Positions 10,337-20,749 of a DNA stretch of 64,000 bases are shown in pieces. The notes under the pieces were generated by a model that did no database searches, was not told the origin of the DNA, and was given only the letters and a program-made list of their open reading frames with translations. The stretch comes from Bdellovibrionales bacterium (GTDB lineage: Bacteria; Bdellovibrionota; Bdellovibrionia; Bdellovibrionales; UBA1609): the NCBI GenBank assembly GCA_965219095.1, contig CBDCMT010000001.1:1760001-1824000 (forward strand), read 5' to 3'. The stretch's first letter is position 1. Each line of letters begins with the position of its first letter. A program made the position numbers and the translations under genes.

Positions 10337-11750
10337 TACCATTTCCAAAAATTAATTCGACATTTTTTTAACGTATTGCGTCCTGGCTTTTTGATAAAAC
10401 TCTGTTAAATTTTTAGAGTCATGTCGAAAAAAGATTTAGTTACACAGATTCAAGGGTATAATTTTCTAGCTACTTACAAAGTAGAAAGAAGTGCCAACAT
10501 CAAGACAAAATTATTGGCTTTGCAGCATATGCAAGAAGGAAAATCGATTCAAGAAACAGCAGGTATGGTTTTGTATCACCGTCACAGTATCAAATCCTGG
10601 TTACAGTCTTTTTTTGTAGACTTTGATTACGAGGGATTGATAGATCGAGAAGGCAGAGGACGCAAGCCTCGTTTGCCAGTGACAGAAGAAGAGAACTTCA
10701 AAATCAAGTTAGATGAAATTCAAGACAAAAGAGAGGGAGGAAGCATAGGAGCAAAGGAAATACAGAAACTTTTAGCAGATGAATTTAACTGTTGCTATTC
10801 TCTTTCTGGGGTTTATGTTTCTTTAGACCGCCTTAATATTGTATGGATCAGTGGTCGTTCTCTTCATCCTAAAAGTTCATTAAGAAGCTATGGAACAGTT
10901 TAAGGAACATTTTCCAGAAGAGGTGGAGAAAATAAAAGAAAAGATTCAGACTCATAAAATAGAGATTTGGTGGCAGGATGAATGCAGAATAAGCTCAGCA
11001 AGGTTCTTTGAGCAGGATTTGGGCAAGAAAAGGCACACGGCCTAGAGTTGTGAGACAAAGACAATTTTTATCCACTTATATTTTTGGAGCAGTTTGTCCG
11101 GATAAAGATAAAGGCTGTGCTTGGATTTTACCGGAATGTAATTCAGGGATGATGCAAATTCACTTAGATGAGATATCTAAAAATATTCAAGAAAACTATC
11201 ATGGAATTGTTTTAATGGACAGAGCCAGTTGGCATACCACAGAGACTTTGATAGTTCCTAAGAATTTATCCCTGATGCCTTTACCTCCTTATAGTCCAGA
11301 ATTAAATCCCATGGAACAAGTCTGGCAACAATTACGAAGGATCAAATTATCGAATGCATGTTTTAAAAACTATGACCATATAGTGAATACTTGTTGTGAG
11401 GCCTGGAATACTTTTTGCGATCAGGAGGGCAGGATTAAAAAATTATGCACTCGATCTTGGACAAAACAACAAGATGAATCAAGCTTGTAAATTAATTTGA
11501 ACCTATAAATTAAATTGTGTAACTGATTTTTGTCATTTTAAATTTTACCCTCACTTTTTTACACTTATTTTAACCCATCAATCGATTTACACAACAAATA
11601 GATATACCTGAAATAAACTTATCTTATGAAAACTTAAACTCACCTTAAAAGAAGTTTTTTTAAAACCTCCTAACTGAAACTTTTCCTTAAGTCAATTTTA
11701 AAATTTTAAATTTGAACATGAAAATGTCGAATTAATTTCTGTAATTGGTA
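10337..11750 (+). mobile_element. IS630-family element, copy 1 (frameshifted transposase 10421..11490)
   Basis: Imperfect TIRs TACCA..AATTAATTCGACATTTT; WWQDE, MDRASWH, LPPYSPELNPME motifs; TAA on both flanks. Confidence 0.9.
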
Positions 11751-11981
11751 TAAAGGCATCAGAGATAAATTCTTAGGAACTATTACAATTTAAACCCTGA
11801 TCAAAGAAATATCTATAAAAAATTAGGCCTGAAATCCATTTTAACCCCTAAAATCCTATAACGCACCGTTTAAAATGTAGTGATCACGGTTTTACGTAAC
11901 CACTTGAAATCATTAGATTCTTGAAAAGAAAACGTTGAAGTCGGGACAGCACAGCCTGAGTCTTCTAAAGGGGAACAATAA

Positions 11982-12569
11982 TTGAAGAAAATAATTTTTT
12001 TAGGTATTTTAATAATATCACAACTTGCATATGCTTCAAGAGAGCCTTTGCCTAACTTCGAACTCAACTCTGCAGATGGGCTTTTTAGAATTCGTCCAAC
12101 TAAAGATGGTTCGCATCTGGTGATTCATTTAAAAACCCCTTTTTATGAAGATAGTCTAGACAGACAACTAAGAAGACTTGGTTATCCAATATTGGTGGAT
12201 GAAACAGTTACGATTCGAATACCAACTAGTCTCCCCCCTGCGTTGCAATATGAAGAAGATAATTATTTAATTTCTTTTGATAGTTGGTATGCAGAAAATA
12301 AAAAACAAATGGCCCTTATGTTCCGTACTGAGAAAGGAGAAAATTATATAGGAGAAAAAAATAATCTCCAGATTGTTTTGTCGACCACTTACGTCACTAA
12401 AAAATACGCAGGTTTAATTAGCGATTTTGGACGACCTACACCAATAGAGCATTCAGTTAAAGTGGCCTTGAAAGTGGAATTTTATGATAAAGAAAATGAA
12501 AAAGATATAAGGCTTGTTTTAGGTAAATCATTTTTTCTTAGATATGAGTATGACAAGGTGCAACCATAA
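11982..12569 (+). CDS. Secreted hypothetical protein (paralog A)
   Basis: Signal peptide MKKIIFLGILIISQLAYA; TTG start; N-terminus identical to 13223..13750. Confidence 0.7.
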   Translation: MKKIIFLGILIISQLAYASREPLPNFELNSADGLFRIRPTKDGSHLVIHLKTPFYEDSLDRQLRRLGYPILVDETVTIRIPTSLPPALQYEEDNYLISFDSWYAENKKQMALMFRTEKGENYIGEKNNLQIVLSTTYVTKKYAGLISDFGRPTPIEHSVKVALKVEFYDKENEKDIRLVLGKSFFLRYEYDKVQP

Positions 12570-12587
12570 GACTTTTTAGTGATTCTA

Positions 12588-12617
12588 ACAGAGAGCATTC
12601 GGTGGGGTGCTCCCTGT
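12588..12617 (+). other. GC-rich hairpin downstream of paralog A (possible terminator or stabiliser)
   Basis: ACAGAGAGCATTC-GGTG-GGGTGCTCCCTGT; homologous hairpin at 13790..13819. Confidence 0.5.
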
Positions 12618-12812
12618 ATTGGAAGATAGCAGTCTAGGCTGGAAAGTAGTTGTGTGAAGCAGCCTTGTTGTACACAGGCGTTTTAGATCAAGTCACAACT
12701 ATACACATGTTGATTCATTTCATTATTCTATTTTATTGTACAATTTTATTGAAATTATATCATTTTAGAAAACAAATAGAGTGTGCTAGAAAGATTCTAG
12801 AGGAGAAAAAAC

Positions 12813-13097
12813 TTGAATTTTAATAAGAGACTAAAAGCTTTAAGACAAGGTCAAGGTTGGACGGTAAAAAGTACAGCTGAGAAACTCGGAGTTCCGGAAA
12901 CTACCTATCGAGAGTGGGAGTATGGGAGAGCGATTCAAGGAGAGGAGCCGTATCCAAAAATCGCCTCACTCTTTAATCTTAGTCTATTTGAGCTTATTAC
13001 AGGGAAAAAACCGGATCAGAATAAAATTTTTAGAGAGCTTGAACTCTTGGAAGAAAAGGTAAAAAACATAAAAAAAGACCTAATGTCGTTTTTTTAA
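12813..13097 (+). CDS. XRE-family HTH regulator
   Basis: RLKALRQGQGWTVKSTAEKLGVPETTYREWEYG; AGGAG RBS. Confidence 0.85.
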   Translation: MNFNKRLKALRQGQGWTVKSTAEKLGVPETTYREWEYGRAIQGEEPYPKIASLFNLSLFELITGKKPDQNKIFRELELLEEKVKNIKKDLMSFF

Positions 13098-13222
13098 AGT
13101 GAAAGGAGGATTTTTAATAGATAAGAATAGTTTTTTCAAGTAAAGAGTATCAAGCAAAGTAGGAGGAGAACAAAATAAACAAAATAAATATAAACAAAAT
13201 AACAAAATAGGAGGATAAAATA

Positions 13223-13750
13223 ATGAAAAAAATAATTTTTTTAGGTATTTTAATAATATCACAACTTGCATATGCTTCAAGAGAGCCTTTGCCTAACTTC
13301 GAATTCAGCTCTGTAGGGGAACTTCTTAGAGTTCGCCCAGCTGAAGATGATTCGAATCAATTGGTGATTGATTTACTAAGCCATTTTAATGAAAATAGTT
13401 TAGCCAGACGACTAAGAAGCATTGGTTTTCCAATAGGGCAGTATGAAACGATTACGATTCGAATACCAACCACTAAGTTGAGGTATAGAGGTGATTATTT
13501 ATTTTACTTTAATTCTGACCGCTTATTACCACATGAAAAAACACAGGTTGCACTTATGTTTCGTAGTGCTGAGAAAAGAGAAAATTATGTTTTAAGAGAA
13601 GAGATTGCTGATTTTTACTTGTGGACCTCTGAGGTCACTATAACAGACGCACGTTATGATGGTTTGGTAAAGAGTCAACTTAGAGTGTTCTTTCAAATTC
13701 GGTTTGAGGGTGAAGAAAATATTGGGGTTAATGTAGAAGAAAGATTTTAG
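13223..13750 (+). CDS. Secreted hypothetical protein (paralog B)
   Basis: AGGAGG RBS; first 27 aa identical to paralog A; shares TIRIPT and ALMFR. Confidence 0.75.
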   Translation: MKKIIFLGILIISQLAYASREPLPNFEFSSVGELLRVRPAEDDSNQLVIDLLSHFNENSLARRLRSIGFPIGQYETITIRIPTTKLRYRGDYLFYFNSDRLLPHEKTQVALMFRSAEKRENYVLREEIADFYLWTSEVTITDARYDGLVKSQLRVFFQIRFEGEENIGVNVEERF

Positions 13751-14004
13751 TGGTTAGCAGAACCCACCCATAAGATCTTTTAGAGTCTAACAGGGAGCAT
13801 CCGGTGGGATGTTTCCTGTGTTGTGAAGATAGCAGTCTAGCTAGGCTGGAAAGTAACTGTAACTATCACACATTAAGTGCAAGAAGTTAAAAGCATCTTT
13901 AGTTGTAATAGACGTTATATGATCTGACAGTTACCCTTTAGCCAGTAAATTTTTTTCATAACTTCACCTTAGAAGAACTGTAAAAGAATTAACTGGTCAG
14001 AACA

Positions 14005-14480
14005 CTAGTGGAGCTCGGCGTGGAGAAAGTCGTGCTGTGGGAAAATCTAGAGGTGGATCCACAACAAAAATACACATGGCCTCTGATGCACATGGAAATC
14101 CGCTCTGTTTTAAAATCACTGAGAGTGAAGTGCACGACAGTCAAGTTGCAGGTGATTTAATTGATGAGTTTCATAGTGAGTATTTGATTGCTGACAAGGC
14201 CTATGACTCGGATGAGATACGAGATAAGGCTCGTAGTAAGAAGGTAAAGCCTGTGATACCGAGACGAAAAAATAGCAAAAAGAAAAATAAAGATTTTGAT
14301 CGTCATATCTATAAATCTCGACATCAGATAGAAAACCTTTTTGCTCGTCTTAAGCATTTTAGAGGTATTGCCACTCGATTTGAAAAGCTTGCTAGAAATT
14401 TCAAAGCTATGCTATCTATAGCATGTATGTTTATTTGGCTTAAACTTCAAAGTAAAGGTCCAGTCAAATGAGGACACGCC
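14005..14480 (+). pseudogene. IS5-family transposase, 3' part (5' continuation at 10163..10200)
   Basis: GKSRGGSTTKIH, IADKAYDS, ATRFEK motifs; right end AATGAGGACACGCC. Confidence 0.85.
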
Positions 14481-14654
14481 TTAATTATATTAGGTAATTG
14501 CACTCGCTGTACTGCTCTGAAACACTGAACTCAGGATTTATTTTTTGGGGTTAGCAGATTTTAACTTGACATAATAAGGAAAAGTAATGTAAGGAGGGGT
14601 ACTAATAGAAAAATAGAAATTAAATAATATAAATAAAATAAGGAGGAAAAAGTA

Positions 14655-15188
14655 ATGAAAATAATTAATTTTATCATTTTTGGAGTAGCGACTTTACTGT
14701 TAGTGACAGCTTCTTCTGATTCTGAAAATCCAAGTGATCATTTTAAAGCGATAGCGTCCAAGAATGCAGTAAGTGTGGAGGGTTTTAAATACGACCATTG
14801 GCATCAAGAAAAGATAAGTGCAGAAGAATGTATATTTGAATCTGCATTTCGTAAATATCCTAATGGAACAGAAGTAGTTAAAGTTTATATTGAAAGCGAC
14901 AAAAACGCTGAGATTAGTGTTGGCATGGCTCTTCAAAGAGAGAAGTACCCATTGGTTGATGGATATGACGGTGGTGACGTTAAATATAAAAACGGAGTTC
15001 TTTCTTTTGAGTATATAGAAGATGGTAGCACGCTGTCCATTAAGGTGACTGTTGATAATCACTTAAAGTCTCCCCAAAAAGTTGAATTGAAAAAGACATA
15101 CACTGGATTGAGAAGAAAACCTTATCGACATTATGTAACAGACTTTGTATTGACACAGTTATCTTGTGATTTTTCATCAGAAGAGTAG
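14655..15188 (+). CDS. Secreted hypothetical protein
   Basis: AAGGAGG RBS; N-terminal signal peptide. Confidence 0.7.
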   Translation: MKIINFIIFGVATLLLVTASSDSENPSDHFKAIASKNAVSVEGFKYDHWHQEKISAEECIFESAFRKYPNGTEVVKVYIESDKNAEISVGMALQREKYPLVDGYDGGDVKYKNGVLSFEYIEDGSTLSIKVTVDNHLKSPQKVELKKTYTGLRRKPYRHYVTDFVLTQLSCDFSSEE

Positions 15189-15543
15189 ATAATAAACAAG
15201 GGGGGTACCATCTATTTTTAAGTCTGTGTCCCTGGTTTTTAGTTTAAATGGCTCCTGACTTCGACACAATACATAGAGATAAATCAATAATTACAATAGG
15301 TTAAGAGATTCTGGGGTCACAGAATCAGGATCATTTATTTGGTGGGTGGAGTTTTGTGAAAGAAGCCTCATGGTAGAGTTTCTTTGAAGGTGAACGGCTT
15401 GATGGAGTCTGTGTTTCATCGTATAGGAGTGGCATAGGCTAAAAAACAGATTGCTATGTGAGCTTCTGTCTTTTCTTCCAATAATAAATAGGCCTCGAAT
15501 AATAGGAATAGATTTTATAGACAATCAATAAAGAAAGAGTTAG

Positions 15544-16309
15544 GCATTGTTAAAAAATAACTTAGATATTTCAGATTTTATGTCGTAAGATTTACATGTG
15601 CTATCAGAGAAAGATCGTCAATTAAGATTAAAGCTCACAACGACTTTTCATTTATTAAACGAAAAGCAAAGGAGGATTTTAGCTGCGGCAGAGTCGAAAG
15701 CCTATGGTCGTAGTGGCATAAGCAAGGATGATTTCTCAGATCCAGAAGTTCCAAGAGTGATACCTTACGGTGTTTATGATTTGTCTTTAAATGCATGGGT
15801 CAATGTAGGAGTAAGTGCTAATACAGCAGAATTTTCTGTTTCAAGCATTAAAAAGTAGTGGAGGTATATGGGAAAAATCTTATCCTAATGCTACACAAAT
15901 TTTAATTTGTGCAGACAGTGGGGGAAGTAATGGATATCGTCTTCATTTATGGAAGTATGAGTTACAGAAATGGTGTGATGTAGTAGGATTAAAGGTTCAT
16001 GTTTGTCACTTTCCTCCTGGAACAAGCAAATGGAATAAAATTGAACATCGTCTTTTTTCGTATATTTCAAAAAATTGGAGAGGACGTTCTTTGATTAATT
16101 ATATGACTGTAGTCAATTTAATATCTAAGACGAAACCAAAATCAGGCCTAAAAGTCAAAGCTTGTTTAGATAGAAGGAAATACAAAAAAGGAAAAACAGT
16201 GTCTAAAAAAGAGATGGAATCTATAAAAATTAGGAGAGAAGCATTTCATGGCGAGTGGAATTATAAAATACTACCCCACTAAAGTGTCTAAGTTATTTTT
16301 TAACAGTGC
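15544..16309 (+). mobile_element. ISAzo13-family element with deleted, frameshifted transposase
   Basis: TIRs GCA(T/C)TGTTAAAAAATAACTTAGA; motifs IPYGVYD, ICADSGGSNG, HFPPGTSKWNKIEHRLFS, FHGEWNY. Confidence 0.85.
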
Positions 16310-16417
16310 TTAACGTAAGTGTTTTTTAAAAGCAACCTTGCTAAAAAAAGTGTCTTATTTTGAGTTTGAACTGCACTGAAAAAATGGAGTCACAATTAAC
16401 GTATACATTGTGTGAAT

Positions 16418-16488
16418 GTAAGTCGGTTTCTTAACAGCCCTTGACTCCTACTAAGAAGGATGTTTCTTAGATTTTAAAGGAAAATTTT
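16418..16488 (+). mobile_element. Orphan IS end (GTAA-terminal, IS66-like), also present inverted at 56034..56104
   Basis: GTAAGTCGGTTTCTTAACAGCC..TGACTCCTAC shared over about 70 bp. Confidence 0.6.
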
Positions 16489-16570
16489 TTAAGGCAATTG
16501 ACATTGATTAGAGTTTAGACAATAAAAACTTATCATTTTACTCATTAATATCATATAGTTACAGAGCTTC

Positions 16571-16669
16571 TTGTCGCAAGTCTGTCGCAAGTTTGTCGCA
16601 AGTCTGTCGCAAGTTTGTCGCAAGTTTGTCGCAAGTTTGTCGCAAGTTTGTCGCAAGTTTGTCGCAAGT
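16571..16669. repeat. Tandem repeat, 9 x 11 bp (YTGTCGCAAGT)
   Basis: Counted directly; abuts the Fic stop codon. Confidence 0.95.
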
Positions 16670-17767
16670 TTAAAGATCGTTTTTAAGATAATAGACTCTC
16701 TGATTTGTAGCACCTTGAGAAACTATAATCTGTTTATCAATCAAATCTTTCAGAACTCTTTGTAGAGTTCTTCTTGTCACCTTAGATATTGTCTTATTTT
16801 TCATATTTTTATCTACTCGCCCCATCCTTATACAAATCTTGTCAAAGTCTTTAGAAGCAAGGCTTTCATGTTCTAAAATATGCTCAATAATTACTCTCTG
16901 TCGCTTCGACAGGCTGTATTTCTCTACAAGAGCATCTTTACGAATGACCTTTTTCCCTACAGCCATAACTTCGTTCATTTGAAATAAGAACCCTTCTATA
17001 AAGTACTCAAGCCAAACTGTCATGTCCATATCATTTTCTCTCACAGCTTGGATAGCGTTATAAAAGGACATACGATCTTTATCGTAATACTCACTAATAG
17101 AAAAAAGACGTTTAAAATCATAATCTGATTTATAAAGATATAAGGCACAAAGTAATCGAGAGGTGCGTCCATTTCCGTCAATAAATGGATGAATGTGTAC
17201 AAATTGAAATTGAATGATTCCGCTTTTTAATATAGAGTTGATTTTTGATTCTTCGTTAATCCAAGTAACGAATTCTCTCATAAGCCGAGGAATGTCTTCT
17301 GGTTTAGGGGGAGTATAAATAACTTTTTCAGTTAAAGAGTTGACAACATAATTTTGAACATCTCTATAAATTCCAGGTTTGGCACTGTCTCCACGCACTC
17401 CTTTTACAAGCTCTTTATGAATAGACTTAATAAGAATCTCTTCGATTCTTTCATTTGTCTTTAAATGATTTGAAATAAGATGAAAGGCATCCTTATAGTT
17501 CTTTAACTCTTTTACATCTTCTTTATCAACTCTAGAAATAGTTTTCCCTTGTAAGATTTTTTTTGATTGATCTAGAGTTAGCTGTGTTCCTTCTATATGA
17601 GTTGTATGATGAGTTTCTACAAGGAAAGCATTACGGCTCATCTTTTTAATCCATTTATCAGAAAGTTTAGCAGCCTCTAGAAAACCTCTAGCTTTTTCAA
17701 TTTCCATAAGATTGTTCAACATGGATTGAGTAATTATAAATTTGGGATTGAACTTTTTGTTGCTCAT
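16670..17767 (-). CDS. Fic-family protein with C-terminal winged HTH
   Basis: HPFIDGNGRTSR catalytic motif; TTHIEG; C-terminal VTRRTLQRVLKDL. Confidence 0.92.
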   Translation of the reverse strand: MSNKKFNPKFIITQSMLNNLMEIEKARGFLEAAKLSDKWIKKMSRNAFLVETHHTTHIEGTQLTLDQSKKILQGKTISRVDKEDVKELKNYKDAFHLISNHLKTNERIEEILIKSIHKELVKGVRGDSAKPGIYRDVQNYVVNSLTEKVIYTPPKPEDIPRLMREFVTWINEESKINSILKSGIIQFQFVHIHPFIDGNGRTSRLLCALYLYKSDYDFKRLFSISEYYDKDRMSFYNAIQAVRENDMDMTVWLEYFIEGFLFQMNEVMAVGKKVIRKDALVEKYSLSKRQRVIIEHILEHESLASKDFDKICIRMGRVDKNMKNKTISKVTRRTLQRVLKDLIDKQIIVSQGATNQRVYYLKNDL

Positions 17768-17986
17768 TTCTTACTCAAAATAGAATCTATGATTTCATGA
17801 ACACTTTGCCCTGTTTCATCTTGAGAGACAGCGAAGTGCCAAGTGCCATTTTCCTCATCTCGACTGACAGCCTTTATCCAAGAGTTCATATAGTCCCATT
17901 TAGACTCATCTTTGTCTTTTTTTTGACCTTTGACTTCAAGTATTAGATGGGTCTTATCAGAAATTTTTACTATAAAGTCAGGTATA

Positions 17987-18056
17987 TAGTGAATACGCTT
18001 AGATTTTCCAGTCGATTCTCTAGAGAAAAAACCTGAAAACTTAAACGGAAGCACTA
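17987..18056 (+). mobile_element. 70-bp MITE with TAGTG...CACTA ends
   Basis: Imperfect TIRs TAGTGAATACGCTTAG and CTTAAACGGAAGCACTA; inserted at TA within Res. Confidence 0.8.
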
Positions 18057-18062
18057 TATATA

Positions 18063-19204
18063 CTGATTGCACTTCAAAACCCACACATTAATTTTTTAGG
18101 AAAAATCATATACATGGAAGTTGTAGGTCAAGAGGTTGCTTAATTCTTTGTTATATTTTCTTGAGGATCGAAAAAAAGAGGCGCAAGCAGTTTGAAATTC
18201 ATCAAATGTTTTATAGTATTTGTTGTAAAAAACCTTTTTCTTGAAAAACCTCCAATATCTCTCTATGGGATTAAGATTAGGGCTGTAAGATGGCAAAAAA
18301 ATTAACGTTATATTTAGCTTTTTAGCTGTTTTCTTCACTAAAGCTGACTGATGAGTTCGTGCTTGATCTAACACTACAACAAGCTCTTTGGAAGAACCAG
18401 ATTGAAGTCTCAGATCTTTTAAAAACCGAGACACCGTAAACTGATTAATCGTCTTATAACTCCTGATGATTTGTTTATGATTGTTAATATTGATTGCTCC
18501 TAAATAATTGATCCTGCGACCAGCTGAGTTAGTTAAAACTCCCTTCTCCTCACCCTTCTTGATCCATGCATAAGAGAGTACTGTGTTATGGGTTGGATGA
18601 GTCGCATCCAAAAAGTAAATATCGCTCTTTTTCTTTCTTCTTAGACAAAGCTTCTTAATGAACTTTAATTGATCTTCTTTTTTAGCTTTTCCTGGAACTC
18701 CTTTGGTCTTCTTATAAACAAAGTCCAGGCGGTTAAGTAAGGTGCCACTTTCTGAATATTCTACTCTGAAAGTTTTCTTTATATACACACCAATGTCCTG
18801 ACTTTATGATAAAGATTCTTACTCAAATGGGACGAAAGGGCTTTTTCCTCTTTAAAAAAAAGCTTAGAACGTTTAGTGCTATTCTCATAGGAATCTGCTA
18901 TTAAAAGGTCTATTCCTCCTTCTTTATACTTCTGAAGCCATCGGTTAATAGAACCAGGATCAAGAAAAAATAGCTCCGATATCTTATGCTGACTATAACC
19001 ATCATCCAATAGAAGAATGATATGGAGCCGATAAGCGTATCTTTTCTTATCTTCTCGCTTTAATGCTGACGAAAGTTCTTGACGCTTTTTTTTGATAACA
19101 AGGCTCCCATAAAAAATATTGTTTACATAAAACTCTGTGTTATCAAGACATTTTAACAAAAACTAGACCTCACTCTCTGTATGTGGATTTTGAAGTGCAA
19201 TCAG
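18063..19204 (-). mobile_element. IS630-family element (second type), transposase in two frames (18779..19159, 18096..18788)
   Basis: TIRs CTGATTGCACTTCAAAA(C/T)CCACA; TA on both flanks; FLDATH, VLDQARTH, PSYSPNLNPIE motifs. Confidence 0.9.
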
Positions 19205-19583
19205 TATAGTTACGAAAAGTCCCATTATGCACATACTGTATTTCAAAGCCTAAATGATCATTTTTCCTCCACGCCTCAATACTTTTATTCTTATCTAACT
19301 CTCTTGCATGAGTTAGCTTCCAAGTGCTATCAGCGACACATCTATTCATATGTGCTTTTTTAAAAATATCAGTTTTCTTTTTTGTTCTCCATTCTAAGGC
19401 ATCTTTAATTGACCTGTATTTAGGGTTTCTATAGATAGGAGTAAGTTCTTCTGAGTTTTGGTGGGTAATAGCTGAAAAGACTTTTCTAACGATTTCCTCC
19501 ATTCCCATCATGATGGCTATTTTTGTCTTGTTCCCATCTTGATGAAAAGACTGAGGTTCAGTTTGAAATCTGTTAGAACTTAA

Positions 19584-19612
19584 GGCTCCTCCCGGGAATC
19601 TGTGGGTGAAAA
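19584..19612 (-). mobile_element. ISL3-like right end
   Basis: Minus strand ACCCACAGATTCCCGGGAGGAGCC (THRF tail then GAGGAGCC); same motif at 31117..31153. Confidence 0.55.
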
Positions 19613-19850
19613 GTAGTAGAAATCCCCCAAAAGAGCTCATATTAATCAAAGTAAGAGTAAGACATTCTATCTTGTATTTTTGAGTTCTTTGAGGCCCTTA
19701 CTGGCCTCTATCACCTCCGGTGATTGAACTCAAAAACATTCATTTTATTTGCTTTTATTTGCTGTGTTACATTAAAATTTTAAAAAAGAAGCACCTACTT
19801 CCCAGATGCCTTAAAATGTTATTCAAAAAAAAAAAAAAAGGAGGGAAGAG

Positions 19851-20671
19851 ATGCTTTTGAAGACTATACTAAATGATTGTTTAAGATGGAAGTCTTTTGT
19901 ATACGGAGACATTTATTTTTCAAAAGATAGAAAGTCAATTAATGTTCCTATTAAGGCTCGTAAAAATGGCCAAGCTTTTTGTAGTGTTTGTAAGAAGCCC
20001 TGTTCAGTGTATGACAGCAGTAAATCATCACGGGACTTTGAATCCCTTCCTATTTTAAGTTACAGGGTGTTTTTTGTTTATTTTGTAAGAAGAGTTAATT
20101 GTTCTTGCTGTGGGGTAAAAGTTGAGTATTTACCTTGGGCCGATGGTAAGAAGAGTTTAACGATCTTTTACATGAAGTACTTAGCAGACTGGTGTCGTCA
20201 CCTGTCTTGGAAAGAGGTTTCTTGTAAGTTTCATGTCAGTTGGAATCAGGTCTATGCTTCGGTAGAATGGGTCGTAGAATATGGTTTAAAACAAAGGGTT
20301 TTAAAGGGGATATATGCTATAGGAGTCGACGAGATACAATGGAAAAAGAACCATCAGTATCTCACCTTAGTCTATGAAATAAGCAAAGAAAGTGTTCGTT
20401 TGCTATGGATAGGAGAAAAAAAACAGAAAAGAGTTTTAGAAAATTCTTTGATTTACTAGGAGAGAAGTCAAAAGAGATACGGTTTGTGTGCTCTGACATG
20501 TGGAAGCCTTATTTAAAAGTCATAAAGGAGAGGGCAAGTGGAGCTTTACACATATTAGATCGGTTTCATATCGTAGCAAGACTCAATAAGGCTTTAGACG
20601 AAGTGAGAGCTTCAGAACACAAAAAAATGAAAGAAGATGGGTATGAACCCCTTTTAACAAGGGCCATCTAG
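19851..20671 (+). pseudogene. ISL3-family transposase, frameshifted and 3'-truncated
   Basis: Zn finger CSVC..CSCC, IGVDE, VCSDMWKPY, LDRFHIV; frameshift near 20420. Confidence 0.88.
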
Positions 20672-20749
20672 CTTTTGTTAAAAGGGTGAACTTCCCCTGT
20701 TTTTGCGGACAGTCAATTTTCTCTTAAAGTCTCCATAAAATGGAGGTAA

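Larger units (their letters stand above)
10201..14004. mobile_element. 3.8-kb TIR-bounded cargo element inserted into an IS5 transposase at CTAG
   Basis: TIRs TGTTCTGACCAGT(A/T)AATT; ACTAGT at both junctions (10196-10201, 14004-14009); joining the flanks restores IDGSYVSVHQHTSGARRGESRAVGKSRGG in frame. Confidence 0.75.
17764..19583 (-). pseudogene. Type III restriction Res subunit C-terminus, split by IS630 and MITE, 5'-truncated by an ISL3 end
   Basis: KNDHLGFEIQYVHNGTFRNY rejoins IPDFIVK..LILEVKG once 17987..19204 is removed. Confidence 0.8.

Noticed and set aside
9785..10348. Single 187-aa transposase ORF
   Set aside because: Chance in-frame chimera of IS630, TIR and IS5 fragments
11982..13750. 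Diversity-generating retroelement TR/VR pair
   Set aside because: Differences are not adenine-specific, the shared part is the signal peptide, and there is no RT
13853..13934. 82-bp element with GTAACTGT...ACAGTTAC ends
   Set aside because: Only an 8-bp IR, no TSD and no second copy; too weak to call
16489..16765. CRISPR array or repeat-protein ORFs (ATNLRQTCDK, SQVCRKFVA)
   Set aside because: 11-bp tandem units have no spacers and no cas genes are present; the ORFs are by-products of the repeat
19825..19839. A15 tract as a phase-variation switch
   Set aside because: It lies upstream of a dead ISL3 transposase, and homopolymers are common here
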